Origin: Raillietiella orientalis
Lineage: Eukaryota
Direction: 5' to 3'
NCBI GenBank assembly: GCA_036172245.1
Contig: JAYWIR010000005.1
Location: forward strand, 3,720,001 to 3,784,000
Length of the DNA: 64,000 bases
How positions within the stretch are numbered: position 1 is the stretch's first letter; each line of letters opens with the position of its first letter. The position numbers were made by a program, and so were the translations under genes. The notes below the pieces were generated by a model, which was not told the origin of the DNA, did no database searches, and saw nothing but the letters and a program-made list of their open reading frames with translations. Below are positions 54,494 through 64,000 of this stretch, piece by piece.

Positions 54494-55547
54494 TCACGCC
54501 GCCTCGTAGGACATGCAGAGGGCATCCCAACTTCCTTGGAATTTCGTGCCGTTCACGAACAGGAACAGACGGATGGGCTGTCCCGGGTATTCGTACTGGA
54601 CGACGTGGTCCCCCGTGGTCCAGCGTGGCCGGCCCGCGGCACGTCTTCGGGGTGCTCGGCGCAGGCATGCCCACCGGGAAGCTGCTGGTGACGAGCATCT
54701 CTCCGGATTCCAGCTTCAGGCCTCGGAAAGTCACGTACAGGGAGCCTTTCTCCCCGCCCTGATCGCAAACTCGCGGTGAGACGGGGCAGGGCTGCAGCGG
54801 CGGCTCACCAAGATGCGGACTTCGCCGAAGAGGGGACTTCCGGGCGATTCGGGCATCTGCGGCTGGGGGATCTCGGTCCAGGTGCTCGGAGCCATCAGCC
54901 CGGATTCTAAGTCCTTGTAGGTCATGGTCATGGTCATCTTGGCGTTCTCGATCTTGATCACCAAGGGAGGGATCAGCGGCAGGTAGCCGGAGAAGCCTGA
55001 GGAGTACCTGCCCCGCGAAGAAAAAGAGACCTCCGTATAGGGCGCCGGGCAGAGAAGGGGGTAAGGAAGGGGGGGCGCTCGCGGAAAGGCGGCGCCAACC
55101 CGCTCGAGGCACTCACGTCTGCACGTGGTATCCGTCGCTCACGTCCATGCTTCCCGACTCGATGCTCGCGACCTGGGCGACGATGTGCCCGACCTTGGTG
55201 CTGATCTCTCCGCCCAGCTACGCAGGTTGGCCCGTGGCGTGCCGAGCTCTGCACCACCTCGTCCCGGCCCTACCTTAGACGTCACTTCGCAGCTCGATCC
55301 ATCGGCTTTGACTTCGTACTGCGATCCTTCCAGCTCCTTCCCGCAAGACGAGGACAAGGCGGATCTCTGGACTGGGAAGAATGGGGGCACGGCCAAGACC
55401 TGCAACGGGAACGAAGCAAGGAAGGAAGGAAGGGAGGCAGGGAGGGAGGAGGAGGAGGGAACGGGCGTGCAGGTTGGGCGCTCATCCTCCTTGAAGACTC
55501 ACCATGCAGCAGGAGGCTGAGACGAGCAGCAGTGAGGCGGCCAGCAT
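54494..55547 (-). CDS. Predicted secreted protein of ~218 aa, family not recognised
   Basis: Six phase-compatible GT-AG exons: 55547-55503, 55399-55274, 55217-55117, 55007-54809, 54758-54675, 54595-54494. Signal-peptide-like MLAASLLLVSASCCMVLA, GC3-rich codons, and AATAAA about 26 nt after the TGA. Confidence 0.75.
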
Positions 55548-57843
55548 CTTCGGATCTGAGAGGGAACCCTTGCTATGGGATGCGTACCGCTCCAGGACCT
55601 CCATTTATTGCGACCCGGAGCGTGTTTGCGCTGCCGCCTCATCAGGGAGCCACCGGCTGTTGCCGCGCGCTTGATGAGCGCCCGCGCGCAAACAGCGGCC
55701 AGATTTTGCCGTGTTTGCGCTCCCGCGGGAGTCTTCATTAGGGGGGGAGACGTTCCTTTTCTTCGCGTGGGCGCCCTGGAAATCAGGCGATGCGCGCCCC
55801 TTTCCCCTCCCTACCGTCCTACCTGCTGCTGCCCGGGACGTCCGCCGTGTTTGCTCCTTCTCGGTAGGCCCAATTAACGCCGCCCCCTCTCGGTGAGCGC
55901 GCGCTGCCCCCTCCTCCTTGCCGCTCGCCCTTCGCCGTCGCCCCCCTTCGCTGGTTGCGCGCAGACGTCGGACGGCGCCTTCCCCTGCAGATGACAGACA
56001 GACGACCGGGGGGTGGGGGGATGGAAGGGAGGCAAAGGGGGCGCGGGCACCGCCTTGAGCCCGCACCCGCGCACGGCGCGCCAGGACGACTCCTGCATGC
56101 GCGCCCCCTTCCCGCGGGCTGAAGGTCCAGGGAAGTCACCGAGGCTGGCGGGAGTTCCCTCACTGCCCCATCACCCACGCAGGCGGTATCGGTCCGCTAA
56201 GAAGGGTCCACCGCGCTCGGTTCCGCACCCCCTTCCGCTCTCCCCTCCTCCTTCCCTCTCTCCCTGGTTCCTTTGGCAGCGCCGCGTGCGTGTCCCGCGG
56301 CGCGCACGCCGCCTGGCCAGCCGTTCCTCCTGGATCCCGAGGTGCGGCGGAGGCCGCCCCGCTGACCCGTTGCCGGGATCGCGCCAGGAGGCCCCTACCT
56401 CTCTCTCACCCTTCGCTGCCGCGGAGAGTCCTTCGCCGGGCAAAGGACTCAGAAAACCAGCAGCCACAGGTTCCGGGAGCATCCCGGAGTCCGGGCGTCG
56501 TTGACTTCCTCTCGCGCCGTCTCTTCCGTGGGTACGCGGCCTCGCGCCCATTGCTCCTTCCACAAGAGCACGGCCTTGTAGAATAATGGGCAGGAAGCGA
56601 CGATGGGCTTCCAGCCGACTTGGCTTGCTCAGCTCCCGACTTGCCGGGAGTTTCCGCTGCCGCGCCCGGAACGGATCGCCGCATTCGTTCTGCCGTCCCG
56701 ACGACTTTCCCTGATCGCTTCCCGTCGACGTCGCCAGCTTCCGTTCGCTTCGCGGCCTACGTCTTCGTCCACTGCGCCCCCTTCCAACCTCAGCATCCCC
56801 CCTGGTTCCTCTCGCCAGGAGCTTGCAGAAGAGGGCTTGAGAACGTGCCGAAGAATTGGAGTTCCGGGCTGCAGGGATGCTGCTTACGACGTGTCGACGG
56901 AAGCGTTGGCGAGGGAGCCTTCCGATCGGGATTCGACCGGTTTCCTCGCGTGTTCAATTCCTTTGCTGCGCCATTCCGCCCCACGAATCGAATGCGGACC
57001 GAAGCGCGGAAAGCAAGGTCGCCCCCATCGGGTCGCAACTTTGCCATGAGGTAATAGGGCGGGACTCGTGCGTAAGATTTCTACGGAACTTGCTTCCGTG
57101 AGTTTCGTCGAGGAGGAGCACTTCAATCGGGATTGCAGGCGCTCCTGCTTTTCCAGCAAACGGAATCCCTGGCCTGCACGCGGGCACGGGAAAAGGACGT
57201 CCTCCGAGGTGATTCGATCGCGATGGGGGCGAAGTGGAAGGGGGAAAGAGAAAGAAACCACGGGCAGGGGAAGCAACGACCTTAGCCAGGTTTCCTGCGC
57301 CCCAAAAAAACGAGCGACCGAGACCGCGGTACTCCCATCTAACGAGCTCCCCAACCCCAACGCTGCGGTCGCACGTCCTGTCACAGAGCCTACGATGCTC
57401 ACTAGGCACTGCAGGATCGCTCACCACCATCTCTCTGATCAACTAATCCGGGTGAGCTTCCCGGTGACAGGAATCTCAAGTGCTGCAGAATGGTCTGAAG
57501 GTACTTGCACCCGCCATGAGGCTTTGAGCAACTTAAGCTCGAACACCGGGATGTCTTTTGATCCGTTGACAACACGGTGCAATCAGCATCGTCTCGTTTG
57601 GTGCCAGACAGAAAAAGTTCCAACGTGCCAAAAGTAGGAGAAGCAGAGCAGCGACATCAAGAAAATCCCCAGCCAACAACTCCCAAACACTGGAAACTTA
57701 AACGTGTTTTATTCATTCTCTTCTTGAACCTCGCAACTGGGCAGTCCTCATGAGGGCAGTCAGCAACTCACCAGCAACTGCTGGAACATGCAAGTCGCTG
57801 CAAACAGCCTTGGGCAGTTACTCACAAACAGGCACGGATGCAA

Positions 57844-59380
57844 TCATTCGACGCGACTGCCTACGCGATCTCGAGGAATCAGCCTCAGTTCGGAACCATG
57901 TTTTAGGAAAATGGTGCCAGCATCCAACGAAGGATTGATGCCCATGCCATCATTGGTTATGATGGCAGATGTAGCAGCAGGCATGTGGAACTGCTCAGCC
58001 GCAAACTGGAGCACTGCGGTGAAGGGAGTGGATTCTGGAACTGAAAACCTGAAATGAAGATAAACCACCATTTGCATAGTTGTCCACTAACTGGTGCAAA
58101 TAACCAAGAGCAATAGCATGCAACTCTTGCCACGTGTGATCTACTGCTCTCTCAAGAATTTCCTCTACAACAACGGAACGAAACTGTTTGATGACAAGTA
58201 ATTCATCGACCCAAGCCAACAGTTCCAGCAATGGTAAATCTTTTTGTTGTAAGATATTCCACCACAGGCCGCGTACTTGCGAGGAAGAAGAGAGTAGCTG
58301 GGTGCGCACCTGCTTGTCGAGGGAACTCATCAAAAGCCAGGCCTTCTCTGTGCATCTCATCAGGGCAAAAATTGCATTCCACAAATTGGTATTGAGATGC
58401 TGATCTTTCAGCAGCATATTGCATAAGACAGCAAAGCCTGCTTGAGTACTAAAAAGTTCTTCAGGATGCTTCAGGTCCCACGTATCTTTGTCAGGAACGG
58501 CCAAATAAGAAGACAGGAGCTCTGCGGCTATTGCATACATCACTTTTGCAGGACAAACACCTTCTATCAGTTCTTGCAAACTACGTAGAAGCTGCCCGCA
58601 ATCGGCAGATTCATCCATCCATGACAGGTGAGAATGCACTTTCATCACAAATTCAGAGGAAAGGCATGGATTGCACAGGAAGAAATGGGCCAGCACATTT
58701 TCGAAATTATGAAAAAATTCCAACTCCAGTGTCAATCCAGGCAAGTAGTTCAATTCCTTATTCGAGCATTTTGGGATGGATGAGCTTCCCATTTGCTCGT
58801 CAACAGATCTGGCCCAAAGAAACGCCTTGTTGATGTCATCCATTGACCATTTGGGCATCCTGAAAGCTTTAATCAGTACATCACTAAGAAAATAATCAAT
58901 GTCCTTATTGCTGGCTTCCATTCTGGCATTTCTAATGTATCACTTTTGAACTCATCATTGATTTGAACTAGGCTTCTTATCAGATATTTTTTGTTCTTAT
59001 CACTATACGTGTTTCTTAATAATGCACGGAAATCAGAGTACAATGAAGTACTTGAACTTACACTTTGTATGGTAGATTGGGATCAGATGTCAAAGTTATC
59101 TTAAATGTCACCTTAGCCCTAAACAAATTAATAAAATTGACAAATATCCAACATGAAATCAAATGAAAAAATAATGCGTTGATTGATTTTGTGCATAATA
59201 ATTTCAAACTTCATTCAAAAAAAGAAGTGATATAAGTTAATCTGCTTTTCTACAATTATACACAACACGGCCTTGCAAGTTGATTTACTGAATAATAATA
59301 AAAAAAAATCTGACGCATCATTTTGGTTTATCATTGTTGTAAGATAATTTAAAGAGAATGTAATGTGGAGTAACTCACAT
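57844..59380 (-). CDS. UFM1: Ubiquitin-fold modifier 1
   Basis: The ATG is split as AT(59380-59379)|G. Exon 59118-59062 encodes [19 protein letters not shown] and exon 58048-57844 encodes [60 protein letters not shown] on the minus strand at ~57707. Confidence 0.96.
57995..58921 (-). CDS. FANCF: Intronless 308-aa FANCF-like protein nested in UFM1 intron 2
   Basis: [25 protein letters not shown] resembles the FANCF N-terminus [42 protein letters not shown] resembles VPGL..VLLSLRLLENRAL. The rest is Leu-rich and helical; vertebrate FANCF is also intronless. Confidence 0.65.
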   Translation of the reverse strand: MEASNKDIDYFLSDVLIKAFRMPKWSMDDINKAFLWARSVDEQMGSSSIPKCSNKELNYLPGLTLELEFFHNFENVLAHFFLCNPCLSSEFVMKVHSHLSWMDESADCGQLLRSLQELIEGVCPAKVMYAIAAELLSSYLAVPDKDTWDLKHPEELFSTQAGFAVLCNMLLKDQHLNTNLWNAIFALMRCTEKAWLLMSSLDKQVRTQLLSSSSQVRGLWWNILQQKDLPLLELLAWVDELLVIKQFRSVVVEEILERAVDHTWQELHAIALGYLHQLVDNYANGGLSSFQVFSSRIHSLHRSAPVCG

Positions 59381-60481
59381 TATTGGGGCTCTGGAACAGT
59401 GATCATACGGCACACTGCACTTGTTTTAAAAATAATCAGCTGCATTAGAAATCCTACAATGCAAAGTAGAACGATTCACAAGAATTATCAGATTGCCAGA
59501 AACTAACTAGGATTTGTAGGCCCCCTCCCTCCAAAATAACCCAACATTCGCATACTGTAATTAGGAAGCAGTGATTAACTGAGACTAAATTTTGCACAAT
59601 AATCGAGGCAAAATGCACTACAAGTTTTGTAATCGCACACGCTCGAACCCCAAAACATCAGCAACATCCAAATCACCAGTCAACACAGCAACAGGATTGC
59701 CTCACTAGAATTCGAGTGACATGGGAAATACTAATTCAGCAAGATAGGAGGTGCTACTTTTGCGGAAACACGCACATCTATTCCAAAAAGATTCAAAATA
59801 TGATAAGCATCCGTGAAATCCCTGCGTCAATACATTTCTCTTGTACACTGTCTCACTTCTCTCTTCAATACCTTGTACCTTTCTATTTTTTCCGATTTAT
59901 TCTTTGAGAACTAAATCGGTTAAACACCTATAACGTTTGCATTTGCAATTCTTGAAGATTCATATGCAAACTCATGGATGTTGTTGGAACCGAGAACTAT
60001 TCAGCTATCGATATGTTATATAACTCATAAACTAACTCATCTCATCAATGCTAACTTTTCTATGGAGTTTCGATGAAAGATCGGCATAGTTCCTTATTCA
60101 TCTCTTCAATCAGTTGCCGAAGGCGCATTTGTCTTAGTTCTCGAACTTCGTTTGCAAGCGTACAATCCATGGGTGCGGATTTAGATTCTCGAGGAACACT
60201 GCCTGTGAAATGCAACTTCTAGTTTGGAAAACATGCTCAACAAGCCAGCAAATCTCCAAGGAAATGTGATAACATGAAATCGGTAAATAAATAGATGTAC
60301 AATGCAAAACAAAATTAACTCTTGAAACCATGATTCATCAGCATAAAAGATGAACTCCAATCATGCGTTAGAAGGCGATGTCGATACCTTTGCATTTCCA
60401 CTTGTTTCTCTATTTGCTGTGGTGCAGCAGGATGTAATTTCATTTTTCATTAGCTTAGCGATTCTTCTATGGAGGAGAGTA

Positions 60482-60620
60482 GTGAGCCTATCTCAGAATA
60501 CCAGTTCAATCCGAAATAGGAGAGGAGCAAGCTTCAGGTATCCCATATACTTTCAAAAAGTAGTTTAACATACTGGTTGCCAGATATTTGGCGTATCAAC
60601 ATTAAGATGACAAGAACAGG
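60482..60620 (-). pseudogene. U2 snRNA 3' portion (degenerate), abutting the Utopia 3' end
   Basis: The reverse complement reads CCTGTTCTTGTCATCTTAATGTTGATACG..TATGTTAAACTACTTTTTGAA (Sm-site-like)..GAAGCTTGCTCC..GATTGAACTGGTATT..GGCTCAC, colinear with U2 from about nt 39 to the end. Confidence 0.75.
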
Positions 60621-63600
60621 TTCTATTGTGAAAGTAAAGGGGATGCAATCAAAAAAAAAATGAAGCGGTTGACTTTTTGCTGTCTTTTAATTCTTTTTCT
60701 ATGATGAACTTGTCTTCAAGGGCATCTTCAAGTCTTCTTCTTTGGAACCTCCTGCAAACTGAGGTTTGAAGATGTCACCTCTCTCCTCTAAGAGCTGCTC
60801 TCTTACATCATCTCTTCCTGTTATAATAGGAGATTCTCAGTATGATTTGGAACACGTCCAAACCGGTGGGTTTAATAAATATCATGTGTGTAGGGGAAGC
60901 TTGAGGCAATCGCAACACTTGCGGATAACGGACACTTTATCTACACTCCTAGTTTCAGATCCCACCATTTTCGGTCTCAGAATTGTCTGCATACTTTCGC
61001 GGGATCTCAAGCTCATGAAGGACTGCATTACTGTGACGATGCCGAGTTCCTAGAGGACCAACGGGGATGGCATGCACTTTGGCTTTTACTCCTCCTCGTA
61101 AAAGCTGTGATAACATTCGTATACTTGATTTATTTCTCATTCCTGGAGGTGCTAAAGACACTGTCCTCATTCTCCAAGAGGCAGGAAACACTTTTCATCA
61201 GCACTCTGTTGCCCTTCTGCAGCACTAAATTGAGGCCAAAGAGAGGATCCACTCCAGGGACCCACTGATTTGCAGACAGCAGCTTTCATGCCGTTTCCGC
61301 AGCGATACTCTTTACACTCTCTACAATCTCATCATGCCTGGCCGTGTATAGGCGAAAGTGTCTCATGCAGTTATTTGTTATGTGAGGCAACCCCTCGTCC
61401 CATGTGCACAACGACGAAGTGTATGACGTAATCTTCTCCTGGAACTCCTCTGATGGGAAGGAAATTTAGTCTCGCTGTTTGGATAAACCAGTAGTCTGCA
61501 AACCGAAGGCATTCCCCACTTGCCAAGAAGTAGGTTGAAGAGATGCAACGCATACCTTCCCGCGATCAGGGTGCTTCTTCAGCAGAGATTGGCATGCTTG
61601 TGTGCGCTGTGCAGCTCTTAAGGTTGATGAGAACTCTCTCCTCTTGGTCGTGGCGAATATCGCCGACGCGGAACTTGGGCTATCCATCCACAAACTCCTA
61701 GACTGCTCCAGATTGCAACGAAGCTTGCCTGCCTATGGACCAAAGGCTTTTTATGCCCCCACTGATTTCTGAAAATTTTCCAGACTAATCACCGAGGGTG
61801 ATCAACAGAATCAAGATCATCTTCCATAGCTGGCAGAAGGATCTTTAGCACCATCACTCGGAGAGTCTCCTGAGCCAATCCTTTCACGGCATCGTCTGGT
61901 GGGATTAGTAATTTGAAGTAGCTGCCCGCAATGAAGGTATCAGCTTCATCCGACAGTCCCAAGAGACCAGACAGTTTTTGCCTACATCACCACTGAGATA
62001 TTCATTTGCTCCCCTGGACGGGGGATGCAGGAGTTTCTTCATCACTCGTCGTATCTCTAGGTTCAAAAGCTTCCAATCTTTCTCTGGATGTGTTCAAAGT
62101 CTTTCGTAATTTGAAGGACTGGGAAAAAGAAAATTTTCATTGCATACATCTCGTGATGAGCTGACAAACAGCTATTCAGTATACATCCAGCTTGGCAAGA
62201 ATGTCTACCTTATATGGATATACATTAAGTATCTGGATCCCAAAGGATCTTCCCAGATACTTGGAGACCTCAGAAATCTTAATGTTTGGCATACTTCCAC
62301 TGCTTCCTGACATTTCCAAAGGTCTGAAATCTCTTATGGTCTTTCCACAATAGAATAAGCAGCAGCATTTGGAGGAGTGTATGGGGAGCCCAATCCGGTG
62401 CACGAGGTCTTTGAAGTGGAATGGCCTGATCTTCAAATCATTGCTTGAGTCCACAATGATGACTCAGTTGTGGGCGCGCCGAACTGCACTTACATGAAGG
62501 TTTTACATGAAGTCCTTGCCGTAGCTTTCCCTCATTAACCGAAGTAGAAGCTCTGATATCAGAATGAAGAGGAGTAAACTCAAGGGACGCCCCTCGCTGT
62601 TTCAGTTTCCACCTGTTTCAGCTTTCCCTCAACGCAGGGGAAAGGGTCGCCTTATGGAAGATGCAAGCCAAATTGCCACAATTCAGCTCCTCGACAATTC
62701 GCGAAAAAAAGTGCATCCATCTTCAGCTTCTTCTCATGTTCCGAGCATCATCTTGTGGGAAGTGGTGCCGAAGGCATAGACAAAGCCAACAAAAACCATA
62801 TCAATGTTACTAGAGCGGCTGTATGAAGAGTCCAGCGGAATTTGTAAAACAAAATTCTGGTCACACATCTTGTCGAAGCGTAAGAATTCCTTCGCTGAGG
62901 GCGGATGAGATCGCTTTCCAGGATCCATTCCCATAGTTTTACAGACAAACTCTTAGTGTATAGCCTGTATACACTATTACCGATGGATATTGATCTCAAG
63001 TCGGCTATATTTTCGAAGTATCAAAAACTTCAGGAACCAGAACACTTGGAGTGCACTTCCACTTTTCTAGCACACCACAAGACTTCAGTAGAATATTCAA
63101 AACGGATGTCAAAATCGCAGCTTCCTGATCAACCATCTTTCTGTCGGAGCAAGTGATTCCATCCGATTCTCCACCTTTCATAACTTCTTCCTGGATATAA
63201 GGAGCTGTTTCCAAAGGAGACTCTTCGCACTGTCCCCCTAGAAGGATCTTGGGGAACTGATCATCCATTTCCTCGACGAGCCCCAGTTGACGGTAAGGAT
63301 GATCCTCGATTACCAGCAGCTCAGGTGAGCATCTGCGTTCTTGCTGGCCCACGGCAGCGCGAGCTGCTCTTCTATTCATCTTATAAAGTTTCTGGGACAC
63401 AGTCTTGTCTTGTGGGTCCATTTCCAGATTCTCAGTGTGCTGTTTCAGCGGCCTTGTATTCAGCACCTTGCGTACCTTTCCCTAAAATGAATCATCCGCA
63501 GCTTCGAAGTTCTCCCAAGTTATCCTTCATGTCTATTCCACAGCCAAGCAGGAAAAAAAAAATTCGCTTCAAGAAAATTTCGAGACACGATGTCGGGAAT

Positions 63601-63800
63601 TCTTCCTGAACGTTGTGCGGGACGACCTCGATTGATGTGAAGATGTTCACCATTTCGTCCAAAGGGATTCCATCTCAAAACGAACAAGACAAAAATGGAT
63701 GTTCCTGCATCGTTTTGGATACAGCAGAAAGATGAATTTGCCTTTACGTACGCATGCTGATAGCTGGTGTGAGAAGAGGAAAATCTCGTATGCGTATGGA
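60621..63800 (-). mobile_element. Degraded Utopia (U2-targeting, REL-type) non-LTR retrotransposon
   Basis: GESDGIT..ILTSVLNI, RSISIGNSVYRLY, YAFGTTSH, GRPLSLLLF, SKYLG, RFADYWFIQTARLNFLPIRG, CMRHFRLYTARHDEIV, AIPVGPLG. The element ends at ..CAATAGAA, directly followed by U2 CTGTTCTT. Confidence 0.82.
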
Positions 63801-63899
63801 ACGGAAGGACAACACGAAGTACTTCATGCACAAGAAGAATAAAAGCAGAAAGTGCGTATGGACGGTTGCAAAGTTTGTTTATATTATTAGTGCGATTAC

Positions 63900-64000
63900 A
63901 CGCCCCTCCGCCCGCGGCAACCCGCAGGGGGGCGTGTAATTCTTCAGGATAGGAGGCACCTCGGGATGAGGGTCCGCACTATGAATCCAGGAAGGGCTCG
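63900..64000 (-). repeat. GC-rich dispersed repeat, copy 4 (3' end; runs off the window)
   Basis: The reverse complement cgagcccttcctggattcatag..cctgaagaattacacg..cgggttgccgcgggcgg matches 23051-23140. Confidence 0.65.

Noticed and set aside
55600..57640. Overlapping ORFs of 100-190 aa
   Set aside because: Same GC-driven stop depletion; no recognisable product.
58992..59002. TGTTCTTATCA, identical to part of U2
   Set aside because: Only 11 nt in an AT-rich intron, with no flanking similarity.

Overview
Eukaryotic (invertebrate, arthropod-like) genomic DNA. Compact genes with very short GT-AG introns (mostly about 39-56 nt) are separated by heavily degraded retrotransposon debris. Recognisable genes are FAH (+), a pawn-like EGF/SEA transmembrane protein (+), VPS16 (+), JAZF1 (-), Ku70/XRCC6 (-, with local sequence lesions), a 218-aa secreted protein of no recognised family (-), and UFM1 (-). 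The second intron of UFM1 holds an intronless FANCF-like ORF on the same strand. That ORF overlaps the last UFM1 exon in another frame and could be reached by in-frame alternative splicing from UFM1 exon 2, which is the most striking observation. Several decayed Utopia/NeSL-type non-LTR elements occur together with U2 snRNA fragments. There is also a ~565-bp foldback element and a dispersed GC-rich repeat in four copies. All homologies were judged by eye against remembered family motifs; no searches were run.
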